Under the pieces are notes generated by a model, which saw only the letters and a program-made list of their open reading frames with translations, ran no database searches and was not told the DNA's origin. From positions 124,001 through 188,000 of the forward strand of contig MNCI01001684.1 of assembly GCA_015680685.1 (NCBI GenBank): a stretch of 64,000 bases of DNA, written 5' to 3'. The position numbers and the translations under genes are program-made. This document shows positions 12,101 through 24,054 of the stretch, in pieces (position 1 is the stretch's first letter; the number at the start of each line of letters is the position of its first letter). Source of the DNA: Gnetum montanum (taxonomy: Eukaryota > Plantae > Gnetophyta).

Positions 12101-12393
12101 CACTTTGGTATGAGCATTTTGCTGCCAAAAATGGAGGCTTTGTAAATCACTATCTTTATCCTGAAAGCTTAGAATGTGTTAGGACATTGAAGAAAATATC
12201 CCAAAGCAATTGGAAGTACTACATATCTGATGAGACTTGTGAGGATCTTCCAGGACATCTTCTTTCATTGCCGCTAACTGTTCTCCAGGATGGATCACTG
12301 GAAGATGACAGCAACAGACATTTTCCAGATACTACTGCATCTGTACAAGGGGATGGCAGATGCGATATTCTTCCACCTGTTGGTACCACGTAA
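9196..12393 (+). CDS. PLD: Phospholipase D, C2-PLD alpha-like; exons 9196-9288, 9387-10775, 11026-11530, 11945-12393 (2436 nt, 811 aa)
   Basis: Exon 1 MDGTYLLHGRLEGSIFQA (typical LLHG C2 start). C2 domain LYATIDIG..RVARTR..NPVWNESF. HKD1 FTHHQKTISLD, GGIDLCDGRYD, GGPREPWHDIH, FIYIENQYF, PMWPEG. HKD2 YVHAKLMI|VDDEY...GSANLNQRSMDG. C-terminus LPPVGTT. All introns are GT-AG and the frame is continuous (phases 0, 0, 1). Confidence 0.93.
10853..10925. repeat. Intronic tandem duplication, 39-bp period
   Basis: ATTTAACCTCATATGCACATGATGTTACATCTGG at 10853 and 10892. Confidence 0.9.
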
Positions 12394-12429
12394 AATTTGA
12401 TGGTCGATATGTATCCTGATGTAGGCCTC

Positions 12430-12494
12430 CCTTCATGCTTCTGTTATAACTTCATTTTCCGTCCTTCATGCTTATGTTATAACTTCATTTTCCG
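12430..12494. repeat. 3'-UTR tandem duplication, 33-bp period
   Basis: CCTTCATGCTT(C/A)TGTTATAACTTCATTTTCCG occurs twice. Confidence 0.9.
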
Positions 12495-13620
12495 GCAGGG
12501 TAGTTATTTATCGCTCTAAATGTTTTACCATTAGCAAGTGGACTCGCAGATTTCAGTGTCAAAAGTATTACCATTTTCATGGTTTTGTTGAGCTTTTCAA
12601 TCTCCCCTTGGTTTTTTAAAATTTATTTCCATTTCATTTTTTTCATCCAGAAAGTTTTTTATTAAAATAGATCTCTATAATTATAAAAAGGAAGAAAGTT
12701 TTTTATTAAAATAGAAGGAACTAGGTAAAAAGAATTCCTTTCAAGGAATTATATCTTACAATCTTCTCAATTCTTGTAGTTTTATCATCATGAAGAACAT
12801 TTGTTTAATGTTTGTTTTTTTTTTTTTGAACAAGAAAAAGAAAGTAGATAAAAGAAAAAAACAAGTGGAAATGAAAACTAAGAATAAACTCACAAATGTA
12901 AAGATACAGAAGAAGGTCAGAATTTTGCTAACATTTTTACATTTATTTGAAAACAAGAAAATACATTTTTACATTTACTTCAAAATATGTGAATAAGTCT
13001 CTTGAAAATACATGTCAAGTTGATAATTCAAGTTCATGTTCATTTGTTGAGAAGTTTTGATGCATAAGAAAAATATTAATTCAAAATTTTAAAAGTTTTT
13101 AAAAGTAACCTATGATTAATGAAGATGGTTTTACTAGTGATCCATGTTTTTTATCTTTAGCCAATAAATTATAATAAGGCAGCACCCTCACATTTTGATA
13201 TTTCTACTTCTTCTAACAAGGATATTGCTACACCACCTCTTGTTAGCATATCAAATCCTTATGCTACTTTAAATTTAGAGATGATTGTTGAATACAGTAT
13301 AGAGCTTAACACATCCAAAAGGGTAGGGACCTTCTCCTTTATTCAACAATGATATCCTTCTTCCTCTCCTCTTCCTTTTTGAGAATGTTTGAAGTCTAAT
13401 TGATAGACTTTAACATGTTCATGTCAAAACTTTCTTCCTACAACATTATTCTAATATTGATTATCTTTTATTACAAGAAATCAAAATTTCTAGTGCAATG
13501 ATAACTTATATTACTAATGATTGTTGGATAGTAATTGCATTTCTAAAGCATATATTTTTTCGGAAAGGCAATGCTGCTATTATCATTGATCATCATTGGA
13601 TTAGTAAGATAATTCAAAAA

Positions 13621-14525
13621 TGATGGGACGCGATATCGCATCTGCCGTGATATCATGTACGCGATATCGCATCTGCCGTGATATCGCGTCTTCCTCTGCG
13701 ATATCGCGTACGCGATATCGCAGCGCGCTGCCAAATCTATAAATAAGAGGCGGCTCTCCCTTGTTTTGCCATCTAGATCTAGACCGTAGCCAAACTCTTG
13801 CAGTTTTAGCATTCCAGAGATAGAATAATTTCCATGTGCCCGCAATAGGAGTCCCAAAGTGAACGGATCTTTATTCAAGCAAATATTGTACCTGAGCACA
13901 CGTTTGTGTACGGAAATAATGACGAACTTTTGGATAAACCTTGTAGTGCATGGACTAAGCTAAATAGGACTTTAATTATTGTGAAATGTTTAATTGCTTT
14001 ATTAGTTAATTAAATCTCTCTCAACCCTCAACTCTCATAGTTAAGTGCATTCAGTACGACCGCTTCGAGCACGTGCGTTACACTTGGTAATCCCAGTAAC
14101 GAATAGCGTTTGGTAATCCCAACAGCGTTGCATTGGTTCAAGGTGTGAAATGGCAAGTGGGAATGGATACTGATGCTAGGTTAATTAAAGCTTAGTTAGT
14201 TAAAGTTAGTTACTTAGTCTCTTCACCCTTTCCTCTCTTAGCATAGGCGATAAAACATAAAAGATATAAAAATCATGTACCTCAAGTTCACTTAACCATA
14301 CAACCGTGACAAATACAAGTGAGCGTGGCATATAAAAATCATGTACCTCAAGTTCACTTAACCATACAACCATGACAAATACAAGTGAGCGTGGGAAGAC
14401 AACGGCTGATTAACCTTAGGTGTTCCATAAGGCGTGTAGGCACTTAGTCTGTGGAGTTCGACCAGATCGTGCGTGCAACGCTCGTATTTGTGTGGTTGAG
14501 TGTAGGGGTACCTCGCCACTCATCA
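13621..14525 (+). mobile_element. Athila-type solo LTR (905 bp) inserted in the L1 endonuclease region
   Basis: TGATG...CATCA termini with a 4/5 TSD (AAAAA/AAAAG). Homologous to LTR 51471-52715 (GATAAACCTTGTAG, AGTACGACC(G/A)CTTCGA, ACCAGAT...GGTACCTC(G/A)CC(A/G)CTCATCA). TATA at 13737-13745. Internal 66-bp-period duplication at 14264-14394. Confidence 0.85.
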
Positions 14526-15769
14526 AAAAGGATGCAACAATAGTAACAAAGTTGTTTGAACTAGTTTTGATAAACCTAGTGGTCCTTTTGGAGTATGTAG
14601 CATATATGCTCCTAATAATTCTAAAATTGGTTCAATAGATCCAAGGGGTCTAGGAGGGGATGTAAATGAAAAAAAATAAAAAAATCAATTTCATAATTCT
14701 ATAATAAGAAATTGAATTATGGTGTGACCTTGTAAATATTCTTCCCAAAGTTCCTTGGCTCATTAGTAAAGACATTAATATGATTGAGTGTGCATCTAAT
14801 AGAAGTGGAGATCAAAGGTTTCACCTCTCCTCACCAAAAAAACTTAAATGGGACAAATTTAAAGATTAGTTTTACAGATTATTGTAATCTTTGCTATAAT
14901 TTTAATATTTTTGAGTCTCTTGGAATAATTTTCAAGGAGATGAGTCTAGAATTCTTAACAACTTGGATAGATTTTATTTGTCTAGTAGTTTTAATTAGCA
15001 TCTTCAGGGTACCATTAAATTTTTCATAAAAAAGTTTTATTGAATTATCATCCTATAAAGAGTTTATCTTTTGACAATGTAGCTAATTATTCTCATCCAA
15101 ATTTAGATTATATAAATGCTTTAATTATTTCTTCTAATCATGGGTGCATGTTTCCTAGATGTCTTTAGAATGCAAAACCTTGGCCTCAAGGTACTAAAGG
15201 TTGGATTGACTGGTAGATGCATATTACTAACAGGGTCCATTCTATGGATCACTACATTAGATGACAATTTGCTACCAAGTGTAGTAGGTTCATAGTACAT
15301 AATATTGATCATACTTTGGTATAATTATATCATGAGCTTGCCTAGAATCCCTTCAGTTTTAATTTGCAAAATGTTTTTGCTTCTCATAAGGTTGCTAACC
15401 AAGATTGGGATGTTCATCAAGCTAAGAGCTCTCATTAAAAGTTGGCTTTTGTGGCTGAAAATCCTAAATGAAAATCGCAAAGTATTTTTTACATATCTTT
15501 AAGGAAATAATCATTTACTTTCCATTGGGAAAATTCATGATTGTTAATGTTTCTTTCATTAGCTAAATCAAATTACCAAATATGAGAAATCTTTTACTTA
15601 AGGCTTTGATGAGAATGCCTTCTAGGTAAGTAGCTACTTCCCATATTCTATGTATAATTAATCTTAATATAATCAATTACTTGATACAAATATTTCTACT
15701 TAGGAATTGAAGGGTGCTTGTTTCAACATGGCTAACAACAAATATCCTAATTTTGATGATTATCATATT

Positions 15770-15991
15770 AAACTCTACCAATGTTGCTCCCAAGGCTAGA
15801 TACAAAAGGAGGAGAGTTAGTGTTAGGTTGACAACTAGCTGTAAAACCTAGCCAACTCTTATGGATGAGTTCTTTTTTAAATTTTGTAAGTGCTAGTGCA
15901 TGATCTAGCTCTTTATAGATGTGAATGATGAAAAAAACTCATGTACCCAACCCTATTTTGTTGCAACAAGGCTAGGATGATGATGATGATT
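15770..15991 (+). mobile_element. Short RTE-clade non-LTR insert with (GAT)n tail
   Basis: TSD ATTATC(A/C)TATT (15759-15769 / 15992-16002). The 3' part encodes DLALYRCE**KKTHVPNP (RTE ORF end) then AAGGCTAG(GAT)n. Removing it restores the L1 frame DDY-PIEFF. Confidence 0.75.
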
Positions 15992-17239
15992 ATTATCCTA
16001 TTGAATTTTTTAAATGTTATTGGGACTTGATTACTAATGATTTTTATTTAATCATTATGGAAAGCCTTTTCAAGAAATTCTACAGAGATATCTAAATAAA
16101 GGAGTTATCAAAATTATTCCAAATGTAAGTAACTTATCTTATATTGTCAATTGATGATCTATTATACTTTTAAAAACTATTTACAAAATGTTAGCTAAGT
16201 GTCAATTGGTAAAAGTTCTCTATTTATATAAATCAAGATGAATACTCCTTGTTATGCAATAAAGAATAAAAAATTATTTCAAAAATGACATCTTTAAAGT
16301 TTTGAACATTTCTTTTTCTTTTGGGTTTTCTTCAAATCTTTAACTCTTTACTTTGGAGAGAATGGGAAAAAATCAGCAATTGAAAAACTAAAAAGCATAC
16401 TATAGCAAGTAAATATTTAGTTTGCATACCATATAGGGCTCCTATTAGATCTTCTTATATTAAGCTAGAAAAGTTCATCAAAATTTTTTTGTAGGAAGTA
16501 ATGATGAATAGAAAAGCTTTTGCAAGGTTGTTTGACATTCTTGTACTAAAGAAGGAAGGTAGCTTGGGTCTTCTAAACACCTATCATTAAGCCCTAGCTT
16601 TAGTTAGTAACTGGGTTGCTAACCTTTTTTTTAAGTATTCATGATAAGCAATTGCATTCAATTTAGAAGTACTTGCACCTTTGCATTTGCCATGCTATAT
16701 GATAAAATAGAGGTAATATTTTTCACAATCATGTAGCTATCAATGATGAGTTCATCATGTTCTAAAAAATTAACATTATTCAACTTGTTATTTTTCAAAT
16801 TAAATCTCAAGCTAAAAACGATTCACTAGAGGTTTATCATCTTCAACTAATAGAACCTTGGACTAGCATTTTGCTAAAAACTTTACTTACCTTATGTAGC
16901 TTTTTCTATTGATGTATTTTTATTGTTTTTGTTGTTAATAAAGAAGCCTTTACTAAGAAGTGTAAATCCATAATGATGCTTCTCAACAGGCTAAAGCATG
17001 ATCCTTTTCCTACCCTAGAGGAAAGGTTGTTTAGGATTTGTTGTAAAAATGCGAATCTGTAAGGGCATCCCAAAACTATTAAGCCTTTCTTTGATGCTAT
17101 AATTTTGGAGTTTTTTACTGTTCATGGGATATGATATATTATGCTTTTTTCTATTGGAGGACACATGAAAACTTTTGAATTTTTTAAAATTCAACGATAT
17201 CACTAGAGATTGCTAGAGGTGATAAAGATTGATATCTTA

Positions 17240-20200
17240 TTACTAAAGCATTATTAAAAATCAATTTTCTTAAGGTTTCTTATCTAATGATATTATTGAT
17301 CATTACTTGAAGCTACAGGAATCAATATTGCCTTGTCAATTAGCATCAATTAGAATGATACAAATTGATATAGTTATTTTCTTATCAATTCGTATAAACT
17401 AGAGTTGCTTCTAACAACAAGCACAAACTTGATTTTTTAATTAATCCAATCTCATGAATTTTGATGTTGTTTTACATGAAATATGACTTGAATCTACATA
17501 ATACTTTGAGAGGATGCCAAATCTAATAACAGTTGAATGAAAAGACTTATGATTCTAAGTAGATCTAAAGAAAATGATGAAAATCAACTTAAGATCAAGT
17601 AAATATGCATAAATACAACTTTAAAACTTGAAACTCATGATATATTTGAAGCAAAAAATCAATCTAAATCTTGAATCAAAAGTAAAAGAATCAATCAAAT
17701 GGAGCTTTGAATATAAATTGATCAAAAAATAATGAAAATATGATCTTTAATGAAATATGGATGAGACATGTAAGAAAACTTATGTGAGATTGATGAAAAG
17801 AGAAATTGGGAATGGGAATGTGAGAGATCTTATAAGAAATGTGAAGAATGTAAGAAAATTGAGAGAAATTTAAAACTCCTTATGTTCGTTATCTTCAAAC
17901 CTTTGATCAATAAGAAACGAATAATAAAATAAGAAATGAGTATGCCTCTTGCATGAGGTATGAGGGAGCATCTCTATTTATAACATTGGTTACTCTAAAT
18001 TTGCTATTTTAGGCATAATTTAGCATTATTATACATCATATCTGAGATTTTACATTTATAACAACTTTTACAACCGTAGAAATAATTATGTGATTACACC
18101 ATGAGAAACATAAAACTAAAAACATGAAATGAGAGTACATGAAGATAGAAATGACTAAGTTATGAAGTAGACATCTCATTGACACTATTACTTCACTTTC
18201 TAGTATGTTTTTTTCCTACATTAATAATTTTTCCAACACCTCACTCTAGTTAATTTTTTTTTTTAAAAAAAGAGAAAACAATCCCAAACAAAAAACAAGG
18301 AACTTTTTGTAACAATGTTACCTTGATGTTGTCTAGCAACCCAAGAAATTTCTTTAGATCCAATGGATCTAGAATGAAAGGCTTGGGAACTACACCTAAA
18401 AAGATCTAATATGATCCACTTCTATAATGGAAGGGATTAATCCATGAATGAGAAACCATATAAGTTATGTATGTGTCTATAAGAGGAACATCTATGACTC
18501 CAAGAAGGATAAATAAACGAACAAAACATTGTAAACATCATTAGTGAGTAATAATGGTATCTACAATGGCTGGCTCATCCCTAAACCCCTCACAATCTAG
18601 TACAAGGTTTGGTATGGAGTCATATTCGTACTATCCAATATAGGTTGCCTATGCATCCATGATCAAGACAAAATTAGGCATACACATAGTTCTCCAAGCA
18701 AAGAGGAAGAATGAATAGGTAGAGAGATGAAAATAGTATGAAACCTCATTGTTCATTGAAATTCACCAAGTTGGAGAGGTTTTCTAAATATTAAAGTGCA
18801 ATAGGAGAATGACTCTAAGTATTCCAAACATCCATATAGATCCACTTCTCCAACAAAAGGGATTAAGACATGAATGGAAAATTGCATAAGTTAGATATAT
18901 TTCTTTAATAGGAACATTTATGAATTCAATGAGGATAAGAAAATAAAAAATATTATGGTCATAATTAGTGGATAATAATGATGTATTTGTAGTGGGTGCC
19001 TTATCCCTATATCCCTCATGATCTAGTATAGGATTTGATATGAAGCCATACCAATACTAGCTAATCTAGGTTGTCTATGTATCTACAACCACTACAGAAT
19101 TAGACTTAAATGTAGTTCTCCAAGTAGAGAGGGAGAAGAAGATGTAGAAAAAAAAAAGATGAAACCCCATTGTTCTTTGGAATTCAATAAGTTGAAGAAG
19201 TTTTCCAAATACTAGAGTACCGCTAGAAAATAACTTAAATATTTTCCATGTTTCTTGAATTATGAGAAGGAACCAATGGAACCATCAATCCTAAGACCTT
19301 GCTCATAATTCTTCCTTACACAAAAGAAGTAATGACCTTGAAATGGAACCTATGATAAGCTTCAAGAGGATACTTCTTACATAGCTTCAAGCATTGTCAA
19401 TTTTATGTGAACTATCTTAAATGATACTAGGTTCAAAGGAAGGTACCAACCCCAAAAACCTATTATGTGCCTCAAACTAATGCTTTGCATAAAACTTCAA
19501 AGACACATAATAGAACTAAGAAGCCATCCCTACTTAATGAAGAGAGGAATAAGGCCAATCCAAAGAACTAGTATTAAGGAGATGTTCATTAGATTCATTT
19601 CTTCTTAGGTTTAAGAGACTTATCCTTCTACATAATTCCATATCTAGGTAAGATACATGGTCCTCTCTAGTCAAAGCTATCTAAATCAAAACTCAACACC
19701 TATTAGTGATATTATTTGATTGATTTGAAGGCTTACCATGGTTTATTTTCAACCATGATGATTGAGTTGCAAAACCTCAACTTGAAGAACACATGCTCCA
19801 AGGGTGCCATGCCTCAACAAGAAAATCCGAAATTCTCTAAAACCCTAGTTTTCACATCTAGTTTTGAGACCAACAAGTCTTACTAGTTTAGCTAATGAAG
19901 TGCTAGATAATCAAGTCTATACTAAAACCCATAATTCTCAAATTAAAAGTTTCATGCAGGTAGGAAGAAGCAACGCCAAGTCATCCTTCTAAACAAGATT
20001 CATTAGAAGACCAATCATTCCAAACTTGTAATTACAAGACTTACCAATATCATAATCCATACTACCACTATAGAAACACACCCATATCTATCTTAATGAA
20101 GAAGTTAAAATTTATTTGGAAAACTTCTCCATGTTGCAACACAGATGTATCATTGATTTACTATCATCACAAAACACCAAGTATTCACAACATAGTTGTT

Positions 20201-23200
20201 ATTGTTCAAGTGTAAAAGAAAATAGAGGAAAAACAAAGAAATTGCATTGGAATAGTTCTCATCTTAAGTCATTAAATGTAGCACCACTAATAGGACATCC
20301 AATAAGTCAATAATCATATAGAAGAAGTGGAACAACTTCTGAAGTCTATTGGTGATTTAGAGTAATGATTCAATGGGTAATAGGACACACATAATTATTC
20401 CGTGAGAAAAGAATGCTCTTAACAAGTTATAATAAGATAGATCTTTGAAACATGATTTCATGAGTCTTGATCCATTGAATTTGTAGCTTCTACACTATGA
20501 TAGAAAAATAGAAATACTCCTAGAAAAAATCAAGTTTGCTAAAGCAAATTGATAATTAGAACTAGCCACAAGAATTTGTATTACTACAAAATGAATGGAG
20601 GATTTGTTACAACCTCTATGTGAGGTTTTTCTTCAAACTGAGACTAGTAATACTTATACATCATATCCATCATTTAGGCCAAAGAATGTTTGTAAAGCCA
20701 ATCTTGCCATACTTCTTAATAGCTCTACAATATGGGAAGACAAAAAAAGAAAAAAAATGAAAGGTCTTTTCCATCATTATATTTGATGTGGAGGATTAAA
20801 AGTGATGTGTTAGTGTGTCCTTCATCGGAACCGTCACAAAGTAATTTTTTTCATTAAACAAGAATCAATTCATATTTCATTGATCTAATAGTATACTACA
20901 CAAACATCCAATCATGTGAAATAGATAAGGACAAAACTTTACTTACACTAATCTATTAGCATAAAACATGAATCACATCTTCCAACTACCATAAATTATC
21001 CACTATAGGACTAGTTTCTTAATGAGTCTAGGTAGAATATTGAAAGAAAAAAAAACTAGGATCAAAATACTTCCCACTAGCTTCTCAGTTAGATCCTCAA
21101 AAGGAAAAATGAAAGAGAGAACCATTAGGTGAGTTTACTTGGAGTGATGAAGATAAGATAGGTTTAAACTTATCACACATTGCTAAAAATTTCAAGGATA
21201 GCAAGACTACTTCATCAATTAATTATGATAAGAAATCAGGCATTGAAAGTATATTATTTAATCTTGTTTCTATTGTGACTCTTAAGAGGTTTTGACACTT
21301 ATATCTTAAATTCAAATTGATCTGAAATTCTCTATCAACTATGGAACATAGAAAAAAGAATTCTAAATAAATTGAACTAGTAAATCTATTATTAAGGGTA
21401 TCTTCATCTAAGGATAGTAAGCCATGCCATTAGGCTAGAATGATAATTGATAAATAGATTCACTATCAACTCTGTCCAAGTACACTAGATAGAAGTATTA
21501 TGAGTAATATGTTAAGCACCTCCAAGAGATATAGAACCATGAGTCCTAAATCATGAGGACTCTTACTTAAGAAAAGATTGTCTTCTCTTCTAGAGAGCAT
21601 CTAGAAAGACCTCCATGAATGACCAATACTTTAGGAATTTAACAAAATTTATGCAAGGGTGATATACTATTTCACAACCTACAGCATTGCCTCGAAACTA
21701 ACATAATACCTAAGGTGGAAAGATCTAGGTATTAAAACTCAAAGCTCACATCGGAATAAAGATCAATCAAGGAACTAACATTTACAATCTTACAAGGAAT
21801 TCTACCTTTGTACTTGAATGATCAATATACAGAAATATGAAATACTCCTACTCTAACTATTTCTTTACTTAAAGAATAAATTGGAATTCTGTCAAGATTA
21901 ACGACTGCTTAACAATTGTAACAGACAAGTGCCACAACATAGAACCCTTGAAATAGGATTTGTAAGCAATCCACATAATACTACAGCATGGAACTATCAT
22001 CCAAGAAAATACATCACTAAGTCTTAGATCACTATGATCTAGAACATTTCATAACCTCTTAAAATATAGAACTATCATCCTAGTAGAAATAGTTAATAAG
22101 CTCTTAGAGATCTCATGTCACAGACTAGAGACCAATTTATACATGATAAGAAAAGCTATTAATAAAAGAGTTAAGTTGCAATAAAAAACACTAATCATAG
22201 GACTTGACCTTACTATGAGGTTTAGTAATGCCCACATCATGGAATTCATTGAAACCAACTAGCAAAAAAAAAAATTGTTTCTCTTCCATACATGAACTAT
22301 TAATAACAAAACCATTATATGAACATGTTAGACTAAACATGAAACATGAAAAAATGTTTGATAGGAATAAAATGTGGTCAAGGGAAAACTACCTAGGCCT
22401 AATATAGGTTTAAGAACATTATTACCTAAGCCCATCCTAAAGTTTGAGATTTTAGACCATCAAGAGTAGAACAAAAATTACACAATTTTGATCTAAAACC
22501 TATCTCTAAGCACACATTATTAATTGAATCATTGATATCACTAAAATTTGCTATTGGAACAAGTGGAATAAAATGAGCAATATTAGAATGTTATCAATAG
22601 ATCCATCACATGCTACAGTGAGATATTAAAGCATTCATTACTCAAGATACCTCAATATCTAGTAGGATCAAAGATATTACTCTAAGCATTCTACTCATCC
22701 AAAATTTGAAGAAATTTAGAATTGTGAGTAGTCCTCCATAAGTGCTCACCTAAGCACTAAGAGAAATAATTAATGATGCATCAAGCTATTTTGATAAAAT
22801 GTAGGTATTATAAAATTAATTATTCAATGTCATGGATCTAAGGCCAGGTAATTATTCATCATGGTCTTAAGAGCACTTATCTTTCCTTAAGACATAGGGC
22901 TCACAAAATTAATTGAGGCTTCCACTATCTGATACTCTAAATTTGTGCTTCCTACAAGACCAAGTTACCACTTGGAAATATAAATGAGTTACTAAGAAAC
23001 ATATATATACATAGAAGCAATGTAATGCATCCAATAGACATAATCATAGATAATAAAGACTATAGATATACATTAATCAAAAAATATTATGAAGATTAAG
23101 ACCCCAAACAACATGCATAGAAATCATCCATATAATATCTCACTTAGGCAATTAAGATACAACCACATAGAAAAGAACATTCAATCCATTAGTGAGGGAT

Positions 23201-23500
23201 AATTGGAACACTTTCAAAAACTCAAATGACCACATTAATCAAGGACATCCTACTAAAAAGATTCCTAACTTTAATAAGACAATAGATCCTAAAAGATCAT
23301 AAAAGAGTAAGTGGAAACCATAATAGATAATAGTAAGCCTTCATAGCAAGTGGGGAAAAATTCTCAACACATGAATGTTATGATCCACAACAAGAAACAT
23401 GACCTCAAAATAAAATAAAGCACTCTCAAAAGAGAGAAGAGGTTCTAAAAGTGAAGCACTCTAGAAATAACTAGAGTTTTCATTATGAAGTCAATATTTT
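17240..23500 (-). mobile_element. Highly decayed, unclassified LTR-retroelement-like block
   Basis: Minus-strand PPT/LTR-start junction (rc ACTAGAGTGAGG|TGTTGGAA at 18238) and minus-strand TATA at ~17974. No pol motif, PBS or partner LTR could be read with confidence. Boundaries are approximate. Confidence 0.35.
18413..19250. repeat. Diverged tandem duplication, 426-bp period
   Basis: GATCCACTTCT...AAGGGATTAA...GGAACAT(C/T)TATGA...TAGTTCTCCAAG...ATGAAACC(T/C)CATTGTTC at 18413 and 18839. Confidence 0.85.
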
Positions 23501-24054
23501 AGGGTTGTGAGGGACTATAAGATGAATAGTGTGTCATAGTTGCTAGGGGTCTTGCTAGCCATGACCAATGAGATCATGTCATATGTTATGTAGTGCAATC
23601 CCATGGTAAGTTTTGAATAAGTTGTTGAGTGAATTGCTAAAACAACTTGTGCATGTTGTTGCATTCAAGATATAAAAGATGTTATAATACATATCATACA
23701 ATGAGAACCCATGTTGCCATGTTGGGAGGATGAAATTATATTTATAATTTTTATGATTTTTTAAATATAAAAATAAAATAATAAAAAGCACACACACATT
23801 GTAATCCCTCATGGGGATAGGAACAATGCTCACAATCATGAACATGTGTCATAATCCCTTATGGGATAGGTGCAAAACCATACATGAAAAGTAATAATTG
23901 ATCCTTGGTCACAACCTTGATGGCCCAACACCATGTTGTACAATTGTGACCTCATTGGTTAAGGATGAATCATTGCAAATTAATGTAATAAAAACAAAAT
24001 AAATATTTTTGGTGTTTTATTTACCATGAAAACACTATATTCTACATTAATCAA

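Larger units (their letters stand above)
13430..17000 (+). mobile_element. Decayed L1-clade LINE (endonuclease + RT remnants), boundaries approximate
   Basis: DYLLLQEIK (~13460, EN LQETK motif), LWCDL..LPKVPWLISKDIN (~14720-14780), MANNKYPNFD..PIEFFKCYWDL (15728-16030), LNKGVIKIIP..N**SIILLKTIYKMLAK (16090-16200, RT), KKEGSLGLLN..ALAL..NW (~16548-16615). Many stops and frameshifts. Confidence 0.75.

Noticed and set aside
2966-12393. NYN nuclease + PLD as a prokaryote-style two-gene defence operon
   Set aside because: Both are ordinary plant nuclear genes with separate promoters. The PLD is a spliced two-HKD C2 lipase, not a Nuc/Zucchini nuclease. Adjacency alone is not evidence of a system.
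13543-13899. 118-aa minus-strand ORF with RCDIAY repeats
   Set aside because: It is a translation of the LTR palindrome array and crosses the LTR boundary at 13621.
23500-24050. Partner LTR for the 18238 junction
   Set aside because: Only a ~12-bp similarity (CTACATTAAT) and no PBS; insufficient support.
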